Part shown: piece after piece, positions 18,879-28,379 of the stretch
Layout: each line of letters opens with the position of its first letter
Position numbering within the stretch: position 1 is the stretch's first letter
Source: a virus
Taxonomy: Duplodnaviria; Heunggongvirae; Uroviricota; Caudoviricetes
Reading direction: 5' to 3' (one strand)
Length of the DNA: 64,000 bases
Virus record (IMG/VR): IMGVR_UViG_3300048938_000061
Position numbers and translations under genes: made by a program
Notes under the pieces: model-generated
The model's database searches: none
The model's input: only the letters and a program-made list of their open reading frames with translations
Told to the model about the DNA's origin: nothing

Positions 18879-19412
18879 ATGCCATCTTCGAGCGAAATAA
18901 AAAGAAATTATGATAGCGATATCATCGTAGAACAACTTTCAGCACCAATGAAAAAATGGGCAAAAATGGGTTTCATGCGCGGATTTGTCGGGTTAAGAAC
19001 TGAGGCCTTGCCGAAAGGCAAGATGGTTTTACCTTCAGCTGCATTTAATGAAGTTGCTTTAAAAGCAATTGATGAGGGTAAGCCAACAGATGAAGAAATG
19101 ACACTTCGAACAAGATTTGTCGCAGAAGTCGATCAAAAGCTTCGAGAAATGCAAGGCGAAGCAATCAATCGCCATTTTAAATTTGCAACGATAGGCCAGT
19201 TTGTAGATATCGTAATGGCTATTGGAATTACTATTTTGATCGTCGGTCTTCTGATAAGGGTTGGCCCCTATCACCCGATCACAATGGCCCTGGTTCCGTT
19301 GTTTGGCGTAAAACTTCTATTCGTACGACACAGTGCAAAGAGAGTGCTGAATATTGCTCAACAAGCCTTTAAATCAAAAGCCGATCAAATAGGCCTGCCA
19401 TGGTCGTCATGA
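18879..19412 (+). CDS. hypothetical membrane protein (177 aa)
   Basis: Helices 'IVMAIGITILIVGLLI' and 'MALVPLFGVKLLFV'. Confidence 0.5.
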   Translation: MPSSSEIKRNYDSDIIVEQLSAPMKKWAKMGFMRGFVGLRTEALPKGKMVLPSAAFNEVALKAIDEGKPTDEEMTLRTRFVAEVDQKLREMQGEAINRHFKFATIGQFVDIVMAIGITILIVGLLIRVGPYHPITMALVPLFGVKLLFVRHSAKRVLNIAQQAFKSKADQIGLPWSS

Positions 19413-19430
19413 CAGGCCTTGTCTCAATGT

Positions 19431-20456
19431 CTAGGCCCATGGGCCTTGTCTGCGTTGTGAAGAAGGCGACAAAACTTTGGCTCCGGCATAGGAAACCAGC
19501 GACTTAATGCGCTGATCGATTGTCGGATGCGTCGAAAACAAATTCCCGGCAAAGGATCGTGCATTATCAAAAAACATGCCTCTAACTTCATTTGGCACGC
19601 CTTGCACGTCTGAACGTCCTGAGATTTTTAGAAGTGCCGAAACCATAGCATCAGGGTTCTTTGTCATGCGAACTGCTTCAAGGTCTGCCATATATTCCCG
19701 CGTTCTAGACAAAGCGAGCTGTGTCATTACCGACAAAATGCGGGTGACAATTAATATGGCCAAGGCAATCAGAACAAGAATGAGGACAGCTGCCGCTCCC
19801 CCACCTTTATCATTGCTGCTCTTTTTGCTGGTTGATGAAACGGTGAACGCGCGAAGAAAAATGTCACCGTTTCTAAACATTAATTCCAAGATCAATGTAA
19901 AGATACCAACGAAAACACTAGCAATAACCATAAGGCGGACATCTCCGTGCCGGATATGCGCAAGTTCATGTGCCAGGACGCCTTCAAGTTCATCTTTACT
20001 TAGCGTACGCATCAATCCACGCGTAACCGCAACCATATATTGCCGCTTCGTCATACCTGAAGCAAAGGCATTCATCGCATCTGTTTCAATAATGCTAAGC
20101 CTAGGCATTGGCATGCCTTTGGCGATACACAGATTTTCAAGAAGATTATAGAGCTCAGGCTCCTGCTTCCGGCTTACAGACTTTGCACCCATCGCCATAT
20201 TAATCATCTGAACATTGAGAAGGAAAGCAATGACAAACCAGACAGCCACACCAACAAAGACATAAGGAATAGTAGGCGGCAGAGCATAAAATCCTGCCAC
20301 CAGTGCTTCCGTAACGGGCATTCCGGAAAGGCCAAGCTGTACAATGAGGCCTGCGTAAACGATCAGTCCCACAAAAACAGGGAACATCGCCAGCAGAAAC
20401 AGAGACTTGATGCCGTTATTCCAAATTTGGGACTGACTGCCCGTTGATTTCATCAT
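19431..20456 (-). CDS. M48 family zinc metallopeptidase (HtpX-like), membrane
   Basis: 'HELAHIRHGD' (HExxH) plus multiple TM helices. Confidence 0.85.
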   Translation of the reverse strand: MMKSTGSQSQIWNNGIKSLFLLAMFPVFVGLIVYAGLIVQLGLSGMPVTEALVAGFYALPPTIPYVFVGVAVWFVIAFLLNVQMINMAMGAKSVSRKQEPELYNLLENLCIAKGMPMPRLSIIETDAMNAFASGMTKRQYMVAVTRGLMRTLSKDELEGVLAHELAHIRHGDVRLMVIASVFVGIFTLILELMFRNGDIFLRAFTVSSTSKKSSNDKGGGAAAVLILVLIALAILIVTRILSVMTQLALSRTREYMADLEAVRMTKNPDAMVSALLKISGRSDVQGVPNEVRGMFFDNARSFAGNLFSTHPTIDQRIKSLVSYAGAKVLSPSSQRRQGPWA

Positions 20457-20480
20457 TCGGTCAATACCTCATCACACTAA

Positions 20481-21050
20481 TCAGAAAGATACCGTGGGCG
20501 CACGCTCTTCCTGCTGTCGCGCATCTTCGGTGAGCATGAACATAGTTTCAGCCTTGAAACCAAGCATTGAAGCATAGAGGACTGCAGGGAACACCTCGAT
20601 TGCGCTGTTATATTCAGCAACAGAACCGTTCAGAAATCGGCGAGATGATGCAACCTTATTTTCGATGTCAGACAGTTCGCGTTGGAGTTCGAGAAAATTC
20701 TGGTTTGCCTTCAGATCAGGATAGGCTTCAGCAACAGCAAAGAGCCTGCCAAGCGCCGCTGTCATCATCCCTTCTGCTTGTGCAGCACCCCCTGGAGACG
20801 TTGCACCATTGGCGGCGGCACGGGCTTTCAAAACTGCTTCGAGCGTATCCTTTTCATGGCTGGCATAACCCTTAACTGTATTGACAAGATTGCCAATCAG
20901 ATCGCTACGCGCACGAATTTGAGCATCGATATCGCTGAAAGCCTGGCGAACATTTTGCCTAAGCCGCACGAGACGGTTGTAGCCAATAATCAGGAATAAG
21001 GCCACAACAGCAAAAATAGCGAGAATGATGTACAAGAATTCCAATTTCAT
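20481..21050 (-). CDS. lemA: LemA family protein
   Basis: 'GYNRLVRLRQNVRQAFSDIDAQIRARSDLIGNLVNTVKGYASHEKDTLEAV' matches the LemA consensus. N-terminal TM anchor. Confidence 0.85.
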   Translation of the reverse strand: MKLEFLYIILAIFAVVALFLIIGYNRLVRLRQNVRQAFSDIDAQIRARSDLIGNLVNTVKGYASHEKDTLEAVLKARAAANGATSPGGAAQAEGMMTAALGRLFAVAEAYPDLKANQNFLELQRELSDIENKVASSRRFLNGSVAEYNSAIEVFPAVLYASMLGFKAETMFMLTEDARQQEERAPTVSF

Positions 21051-21235
21051 CTCCTTTATTCATTTTAAACGGCAATAAGCCATTTATTTATGTAAGGGTT
21101 ATAATTGACACATCAAAGGATAGCAATATTTATGATTTAAAATAATCCCTGTTTAATAAAAATATATTTTTATCAATTAAATTTGAAATTTGCACATTAA
21201 TAGTCCCTCATAAAAATGAAATTCAGGAGATAATT

Positions 21236-21661
21236 ATGCGTTTCGGAAAATTAGATGCCGCCCCTTTTCCCATTGAAGCATCAGATGAAAACATCGCGTT
21301 AGCCAAGGAGTTTTTGCTTCAAAAATGGATTGAGCGGCATGAAGAGTTAAAAATTGACCGCCCTGCCCCAACCGATCTTTCGAATTCTTGTAAGTTCAGC
21401 GCTTTGTTTTCGAGTGTAGTTTTTGGAGGCGACATTGCGGGAAATTATGATCACGTTTTCACATTAATTGATGACGAAGTTTTAGATCTGAACGAAGATG
21501 CAGTCGATGTAGCAGAACTACCCGATCCACATAAAGAGGATGATGCGTTCATTTACAGTGAGGATTTTGACTATTCAATCCGGACTTGTATTCCACGCGT
21601 TCAAAATTGGATTGCTGAATTTTCGGTCCTGCTTGAAGCTACAACCTCTTTAAAAATTTAA
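21236..21661 (+). CDS. hypothetical protein (141 aa)
   Basis: ORF downstream of an AT-rich divergent promoter region (21051..21235). Confidence 0.5.
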   Translation: MRFGKLDAAPFPIEASDENIALAKEFLLQKWIERHEELKIDRPAPTDLSNSCKFSALFSSVVFGGDIAGNYDHVFTLIDDEVLDLNEDAVDVAELPDPHKEDDAFIYSEDFDYSIRTCIPRVQNWIAEFSVLLEATTSLKI

Positions 21662-22291
21662 AGGGGTTAACTGTCGATTTTCTTCATAATAGAATCGTGT
21701 AACATGGCTTTGGTGTGAATACTTCTTTTCTTCTAAAGAAGTCGGAATATTCAACTCAGGCAGCAAAACCTCAATAGCGCTTTCAATATCAGGGTATTCT
21801 GATGCCACAAAGCGATGATTTCCACGCCGAAATTTAACATGCCAGCCAATGCCACCAACTACGCCTTCATGAGGCTTTGCCTCTGAATGCTGAGTTGCAT
21901 GAACAGATTTCGATTTTCCGCTCACTTGATTGAGTGCCATATAGGTCCTGCAGATATCGCCATAACCTTGATATTCATAACAGCAATGAAAGGTCCAGTC
22001 GCCCGTTACAAGCGTTTTGTCCCGATGCCTATACCAATCAACCAATTCTTGAACCATATGACGTTTCGTGGTTCGGCTATAACCACCAATTACAGCTGAA
22101 TTGATGAGCGTCGTTCCCATGCCAAGAACAATGGATTCACCAAACCAGCACTTTACATCGCCACCATTTTCACCACGCCAAACATCACCAATATGACAGC
22201 CGTCCAGCTCAACACGCCATCTAGCCCGTTCCAGAAAACCATAATCAATCTGATTTGTGTGGTCGATCTTGATGAGAACTGGTTCTGACAT
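21650..22291 (-). CDS. hypothetical protein (213 aa)
   Basis: Long ORF. No motif. Confidence 0.55.
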   Translation of the reverse strand: MSEPVLIKIDHTNQIDYGFLERARWRVELDGCHIGDVWRGENGGDVKCWFGESIVLGMGTTLINSAVIGGYSRTTKRHMVQELVDWYRHRDKTLVTGDWTFHCCYEYQGYGDICRTYMALNQVSGKSKSVHATQHSEAKPHEGVVGGIGWHVKFRRGNHRFVASEYPDIESAIEVLLPELNIPTSLEEKKYSHQSHVTRFYYEENRQLTPLNF

Positions 22292-22301
22292 GACAATCTC
22301 C

Positions 22302-22721
22302 CTAAACAGTTAGCGGTGGATCTTCGGCATCTTTAGCAAACTGGGCTTCCTTAAAAGACTTCTGCCGTTCTCTATATAGCCTAGTCCAATCCTCGCCCCA
22401 TTCCTTCTGTGCCGCCTTGATTGCATCCACACGCTCACGCGCTGCAATGGCTTCTGGCCTGCCATTTTCTGTCAGTTCCCACAGCATGTCCGCCTTCCCG
22501 CCCATAATTGACAGACCAAACTTGGTTGATCGAACCCAACCATTTCGGCGAGCTTTTTTAAAAGCAGGCTTGAGATAGCTGTCGATGGGAGGGAAGCTGT
22601 TTTTCAATTCTCCGTCTGATCCTGCGAACCAGGACATGACCGTGTCGAGATGCTTCGGGTCTTTCGGATAATAGCGCCCGACCATCACCTCATTGTGGTT
22701 CATTGTTTTTTTGCGGGCCAT
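22302..22721 (-). CDS. hypothetical basic protein (139 aa)
   Basis: ORF between RNase J and the 213-aa gene. Confidence 0.5.
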   Translation of the reverse strand: MARKKTMNHNEVMVGRYYPKDPKHLDTVMSWFAGSDGELKNSFPPIDSYLKPAFKKARRNGWVRSTKFGLSIMGGKADMLWELTENGRPEAIAARERVDAIKAAQKEWGEDWTRLYRERQKSFKEAQFAKDAEDPPLTV

Positions 22722-22729
22722 ATATCCTC

Positions 22730-24283
22730 CTATGCAACCATCGGTGAGAGGCTGGTTTCAAAGTGCTCATAAACGGCTTCAGGGTTATTGCTGTCCCAAG
22801 GAACAAAAGTGCCACGTTCAACGCCGGATCTCTCGGCAACGAGATCAATTTTCAGATGTGCGACCTTCCTGATGCCTTGCTGATTGATTGCGAACACAGT
22901 CCCTTCTTTAGGGAGGCAAACCTGTTCTACACCATTACTCATCGCAATATCGGCATGGGCTTCCATGTGGTGTTCCTCCCCGTGAACAGGAATAGAAAAA
23001 CGAGGGCGAACAAGGTCATACATGGTAGCAATCTCGTTTCCGACCGCATGGCCAGTTACGTGGAGAGGTGAGCCCCGATATTCCTTTTCCAAGATGCGGA
23101 CCCGCTTTGAACGAAGCTTGTCGAAGATCGAATAAAGGTCTTGTTCGTTGCCTGGAATAACGCGAGCCGAATGAACCACTGTATCGGACTGATGGACTTC
23201 CGGCAGTCTCCAATTTTCACCAGCGGCGTATTTTGCAAGAGATGCATTCTGTTCACCTTGCGCACCCGTACAAATCAACACCATCTCACGACGATCAAGT
23301 CCTCTAAGATGAGAAGGCTCTTTCAAAAATGGCCGAACGCCGTCCATCAATCCGAGTTCGCGTGCTATTTCTTCATTGCGCCGCAATGAACGGCCAGAGA
23401 GCGCCACTTGACGGCCAGTAGCGGCGGCAGCACGGCCAATTGATGCCACACGAGCAATATTGGTCGCAAAACAACTAACCAAACAAAGACCAGGAGCCTT
23501 TTTAAATACTTTCGCCATACCAGTTGCAACATCGCGTTCCGAAGTAACTGTACCTTGTCGATCCGCATTGGTGCTGTCACAAACTATAGCAAGAACGCCT
23601 TTTTCGCCCAGAGACTGGAGAGCCTTCATATTCGTTGGCCGACCCACTACTGGATGAGGATCGAATTTCCAGTCACCAGTATGAAAGACCTTTCCAACAG
23701 GCGTATCGAAAACAAGGCTTACACATTCAGGAACTGAGTGCGTCATGCGGATCGTATCGATATGCATGTTACCGACGCGTAGCCTGTTTCCAGGCTGGAA
23801 CTGACGCAGTTTAACATGTCCCAATGTTCCGGCCTCAGCAAAGCGGTTATTGAGAACCTTGGAAGCAAACGGAGTTGCGTAGATCGGACATTTTATTGTA
23901 GGCCAAAGCCGATGGATAGCGCCAATATGGTCTTCATGAGCATGTGTCACGACAAGACCTGAAAGCCTTGGCAAAACACCTTTCAGTGAATTCAAATCGG
24001 GGAAAATGGCGTCGACGCCATCAATATCGCGTGGAGCAAACGCAGAGCCTGCGTCAACCAAAACCCACTCGCCATCATAGCCGTAAAGGGTCCAGTTCAT
24101 TCCAATCTGACCGATGCCGCCGACTGTGCAAACGAGAACAGAATCTCGACTAGGAATTGGTAAAATTGAGGGGGAATTATTTGAATTTAATTTTAATAAT
24201 TCAGAATTTAAATGGGATTTACCCGAAACGTTTTCTTTTTCTTTCATGCTCTTCGTTTTCCGTGAATTTAGGACCAATGTCAA
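22730..24283 (-). CDS. rnj: ribonuclease J (metallo-beta-lactamase / beta-CASP family)
   Basis: 'LVCTVGGIGQIGMNWTLY...VLVDAG' N-terminal motif and 'VTHAHEDHIGA' (HxHxDH). The N-terminal 30-40 aa extension is probably not translated. Confidence 0.85.
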   Translation of the reverse strand: MTLVLNSRKTKSMKEKENVSGKSHLNSELLKLNSNNSPSILPIPSRDSVLVCTVGGIGQIGMNWTLYGYDGEWVLVDAGSAFAPRDIDGVDAIFPDLNSLKGVLPRLSGLVVTHAHEDHIGAIHRLWPTIKCPIYATPFASKVLNNRFAEAGTLGHVKLRQFQPGNRLRVGNMHIDTIRMTHSVPECVSLVFDTPVGKVFHTGDWKFDPHPVVGRPTNMKALQSLGEKGVLAIVCDSTNADRQGTVTSERDVATGMAKVFKKAPGLCLVSCFATNIARVASIGRAAAATGRQVALSGRSLRRNEEIARELGLMDGVRPFLKEPSHLRGLDRREMVLICTGAQGEQNASLAKYAAGENWRLPEVHQSDTVVHSARVIPGNEQDLYSIFDKLRSKRVRILEKEYRGSPLHVTGHAVGNEIATMYDLVRPRFSIPVHGEEHHMEAHADIAMSNGVEQVCLPKEGTVFAINQQGIRKVAHLKIDLVAERSGVERGTFVPWDSNNPEAVYEHFETSLSPMVA

Positions 24284-24352
24284 TTAGTAAATCGCATGAA
24301 ACAACGTTGGTTAGACGACAGGCGACAGTTTGTTGCAAAAAAGAACCAGTTA

Positions 24353-24898
24353 TTAAAGTGAATGCTGTTTTATCCGATACGAAAGAGCACGGAAAAACGC
24401 CACTAACAGCAAAACGATAACTGCAAAAGACACTATTGCATTCAAGCCAGCAAGGCTAACTCCAAGGAAACGCAATGCAGGTTCAGTGCACGATACCATT
24501 TTTGTATTCTGGATTGCACTCAATAAATCTGTCGCATCCATTCCCGATTGTAAATTAAACGATCCACAAGATGTAGGACCTTCCCAAAATTTCCATTCAG
24601 CACCTGCGTGATAAACGGAAATTACCAGACCATACAAATAAATAATAACTGCCAAAATAATCATATGAATTATTTTTCGATAAGGAGAGGCGGCCCAAGA
24701 CAACGATAAAAGCATTACAGGGATGCCTAAATAATGCGAAATTCGTCCTTTGTAACATAGCTCACACGGTACATAGCCTCCCACGTGTTCAAAACACAGT
24801 GCAATTGTGATTGCAATAAATGAGATAAAAATAGCAATACAAACAATACCTTCAGGCCTTCTAAAAACTTTCGCGGTCAATCCCATAAAATTCTCCAA
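24353..24898 (-). CDS. DsbB-like disulfide bond formation membrane protein (tentative)
   Basis: 4 TM helices. Cys pair 'CELC' in the first loop and a second Cys pair ('C...SC') in the second loop. Confidence 0.5.
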   Translation of the reverse strand: MENFMGLTAKVFRRPEGIVCIAIFISFIAITIALCFEHVGGYVPCELCYKGRISHYLGIPVMLLSLSWAASPYRKIIHMIILAVIIYLYGLVISVYHAGAEWKFWEGPTSCGSFNLQSGMDATDLLSAIQNTKMVSCTEPALRFLGVSLAGLNAIVSFAVIVLLLVAFFRALSYRIKQHSL

Positions 24899-25017
24899 TC
24901 AATATCTATTAAAAAAAATAGTTCATTCAAAAATTATTGACAACACATAATATTTATGGATTTTTAAAACTCATCGGCAAGCGATTGCCCTATCAATAAA
25001 TTAATAAGGAGATTTAA

Positions 25018-25977
25018 TTGATTAACCCATCCGCCTATGTCATGAACCCAAATTCAATCAATCCATTCGAAATGGTATTTTCGCTATTTTTATCATTCAT
25101 CGCAATTATTATTGTCGGATTGATAATCCGTTCGTGTTTTGTCATGGTTCGCGAAAAATCCTTCAAGACCACTGTTCTTTTTGGGAGTCGATATTTTCGC
25201 ACTTTGAAGCCTGGTTTGCATCTGAAGTTCCCATATCCATTCGAAATGGTTGATCGAACAGGATATACAGGTATCGCCGAATTGCCTGTTGAAGTAAAAT
25301 CTCTCACCAAGGATCGCGCTAACATTACTCTCGGTGTTCGCGTTCAGTATGTCGCAAACGAGGACAAGGCTTATGAGGCTGCATACATGCTGGAAAATCC
25401 AGAAATGCAGATCAAATCCTATATCGAAAACACGATGCGCGCCCAGATTACGACTATGAACGTGGAAGATGTCTTTTCATCCACCAATGAGTTCGAAAGC
25501 AGTGTTCAGCAAGAGTTGGAAACTCGTTTTCATGCCTATGGCTACAATATCATCAATGTTCTCATCGATCAGCCACAGCTTTCGAAAGAACTGACGGCCG
25601 CGTACCAAGCCAAGCTTGTCGCGGTACAGCTTCAGGAAGCCGCAACTGCTGAAGGCGAAGCAATCCGCATTAAAATGGTAGCAAAGGCCAACGCTGAAGG
25701 TGAAAGCCTTGTCGTTAAGGCAAATGCTTTCAAAGAATTTCGAAAGGTTGTCGCCGAAGGCAATGCTGAGGCAATCAACGCCTTCCTTAACGATCTCCCT
25801 GACGCCTCGATCACAGGCAAGGATGTCATGCAATTCTTTGCTGGAATTGATGAGCGAGATGCGCTGCGCGATGTCGGTCAAAATGGCGGACGAGTGGTCA
25901 TGATCACTGGTCAAACAAATGCCAACCCAATTGCGGGTACGACAGCAGCAATTGAAGCGGCGGTTAAAGATCGATAA
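25018..25977 (+). CDS. SPFH/band-7 (stomatin/flotillin-like) membrane protein
   Basis: N-terminal TM, then a band-7-like region. Ala/Glu-rich coiled-coil 'AKLVAVQLQEAATAEGEAIRIKMVAKANAEGE'. Confidence 0.65.
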   Translation: MINPSAYVMNPNSINPFEMVFSLFLSFIAIIIVGLIIRSCFVMVREKSFKTTVLFGSRYFRTLKPGLHLKFPYPFEMVDRTGYTGIAELPVEVKSLTKDRANITLGVRVQYVANEDKAYEAAYMLENPEMQIKSYIENTMRAQITTMNVEDVFSSTNEFESSVQQELETRFHAYGYNIINVLIDQPQLSKELTAAYQAKLVAVQLQEAATAEGEAIRIKMVAKANAEGESLVVKANAFKEFRKVVAEGNAEAINAFLNDLPDASITGKDVMQFFAGIDERDALRDVGQNGGRVVMITGQTNANPIAGTTAAIEAAVKDR

Positions 25978-26175
25978 TCGGGCAGGATATAATGAAAAAA
26001 GGCGTGGAAATTTCTGCGCCTTTTCGTATTGGCTTTGTCATGTAATAAACACTAAATACGCTAATCCCATTTTTTGCACGGCTTTTAATATTAAATAAGC
26101 TAAACAATCAGAACGTTTTAATTTGATACAAGACTTATTGAAGGGAGATGTCTCGTTTAGCGAGCAATTTACGTC

Positions 26176-28311
26176 ATGGAAAAATCGAAGCGAGTTCTAT
26201 TTCTAACTGAAAAATGGCAAGGACGCGTCATGGAGCGCTCCAACGACGACCATTCCAGGAAGAAAGAGTTCAAAGGTGTGGAAACCCTTGTTTCGCTCGA
26301 TCCGACCCCTCGCAGTGAATATCTGGATTGGATTTGCCGCACTTATGTCGGTCAATCATTCCTAATCGAAGACGCTGACCGCGTCTCCAACACCCTCACC
26401 ATATTTCATCGATTCAAACGCCGCTTGCCTGTTGCACAGCGTGACATTGGTCGTATCAAAAACGAACAGGATCTATGGGAGATCGTAGAACGCTTCATTC
26501 CTCATAACGGGGAGGAAGAACCAGTCGAAGGCAAGGAGTTGAAGCGTCAGGAAAAGGCAACGGCGATAAGCGAAAGCGACATCCTGGAAAGTACCGACCT
26601 CGAAGGCTGGATTGTTGCTTCTCCTGTTACACATTTTGCAGCTCGATGGTGGTCCAGAGGAACACGCTGGTGCACAGGCATGAAGAACCCAGCGCATTTC
26701 AATAGATACGCAATCAACGGACCTTTGCGCGTATTCATCTCGCCTTCTGGGGATAAATTTCAGGCGCATATTGCCACATTTACGTTCTGCGACGCTGCAG
26801 ATCGACAGATCGATAAAAACAAATTCCTTTCCAGTATTCCCAAATCCGCGCTCGAATTGTTGCAAGGCGATGTCATCCAATCTTTTGACAACCTAGGTAA
26901 TATCACAACTATTCCAGCGCTTTTAAGATCAGAAGGAATGATTGAAAAGGCAAAGAAAGCAGGTTTTGATAAGGCTGTCACCATCGCTGAAAACAAGGGC
27001 GGTTACGCGCTCAAGTTTTTGCCATCCATGCTGTCTATGTGGGCTTATGGACTGGCCGAAGAATCTGATTTCAGACGTGGCGAGCAGCGGGCTGACATCG
27101 CGCTCTTTCATGGCGGTGAAGTGCTCGCAAGATACTTTGTCGCCAATCACTACGGAATTGCTCTTGGAAATGAAATCAAGAAGACGGCAGACGTTGAATT
27201 CATTCAACAAGCGGCCAACGGCATGATGTGTCTATGGGAGAAAAACTCGATTTTCGCTGAGGGATTTCTCGTTGGAGTAAAAGACGCGTTTGCAGAGGAT
27301 TTCTTCACTCAAAAGACTTGGGACGTCTATTTCGCACAGGCTTCCAAAAAACAACGAGGAAAGAGCGTTTTCGAAATCAAGCCGGATGTAGTAACCGACG
27401 AGATGGCAAATGCGTTGGCCAGACATAACCTGCTCACGATACTTCCGCTTTCATTGGTGACGCCAGAGCGCGTCGACATTTTCGTATCAGAGACACCTGA
27501 GCACATTAGCCGCATTACTCACATCGGCCTCGATCACATGATTTCTGATGAGGCGATCAAACAGGCCGCACGCTGGAAAAAAGGCAAAGGCCTCGCCTTC
27601 ATTCCTTTCGAACGATTGAACCAAGAATTATTCCGTAGTGTCGTCGAGGAGTTCCCTACGGCCATCTGTCACGTTGACGAGCGATATCTAACAACAGAAC
27701 TGATCGACAGGGTTGTATGTGTAACTCCGAATGTAGTGTTCAACATTCCAAAACGTTTTGTGACCGAGGAACTGCTGATCAAAGCCGTTTCTATTCAAGG
27801 CAACCTGTATCAACAGCTAAAACCTGAATGGCGAACCCCGTCAGTGACAGAAGTCGCGTTACGCGTCTCGCCCAACGTCTTCGTCAACACGGACTGCGAA
27901 TTGACTTACCAGCAATTCCTCGACGGCGTAGCACTATCAGGTAGCACGCTCTCACGCGTTCCTCTGATTTATCGTACAATTGAGATGTGCGAAGCCGCAT
28001 TGAGCTTCAATATCAGCGAGGCAATCAGCCACGTCCCTCCTCCCATACTTAAAACAATCAAGCAGAAAGTCGACGCCAACACTGGAACGCTGTTTGAAGA
28101 AAAGATCAGAAATTGGAACCGCCCGATTTCAAAACGCTATGCTGCATCAGATCCAATCCATTCCTTCTACCCTGATGAGGCAACGATCTTGCCCGAGCGT
28201 CTGAAAAAACTAATGCACGGCGACAAAACGGAGATTTACACCGATCCAGAAGGCTTGCTCGTTCGCGACCCAGAAATGAAAAATGCCCAGGCACTCGCTA
28301 TGTCAATATAG
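26176..28311 (+). CDS. large hypothetical protein (711 aa), paralogue A; C-terminal DUF4116-like helical repeats (tentative)
   Basis: N-terminal 200 aa is highly similar to 28380..30632 (for example 'WWSRGTRWCTGMKNP'). C-terminal repeated 'ExxxxAL...I..VP' units. Confidence 0.7.
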   Translation: MEKSKRVLFLTEKWQGRVMERSNDDHSRKKEFKGVETLVSLDPTPRSEYLDWICRTYVGQSFLIEDADRVSNTLTIFHRFKRRLPVAQRDIGRIKNEQDLWEIVERFIPHNGEEEPVEGKELKRQEKATAISESDILESTDLEGWIVASPVTHFAARWWSRGTRWCTGMKNPAHFNRYAINGPLRVFISPSGDKFQAHIATFTFCDAADRQIDKNKFLSSIPKSALELLQGDVIQSFDNLGNITTIPALLRSEGMIEKAKKAGFDKAVTIAENKGGYALKFLPSMLSMWAYGLAEESDFRRGEQRADIALFHGGEVLARYFVANHYGIALGNEIKKTADVEFIQQAANGMMCLWEKNSIFAEGFLVGVKDAFAEDFFTQKTWDVYFAQASKKQRGKSVFEIKPDVVTDEMANALARHNLLTILPLSLVTPERVDIFVSETPEHISRITHIGLDHMISDEAIKQAARWKKGKGLAFIPFERLNQELFRSVVEEFPTAICHVDERYLTTELIDRVVCVTPNVVFNIPKRFVTEELLIKAVSIQGNLYQQLKPEWRTPSVTEVALRVSPNVFVNTDCELTYQQFLDGVALSGSTLSRVPLIYRTIEMCEAALSFNISEAISHVPPPILKTIKQKVDANTGTLFEEKIRNWNRPISKRYAASDPIHSFYPDEATILPERLKKLMHGDKTEIYTDPEGLLVRDPEMKNAQALAMSI

Positions 28312-28379
28312 AGAGGTCGCGAAACCAGAGTCTGGTTTCATGCAAGGTAAAATGGTCTCCTGATCAAAGGAGATTTTAT

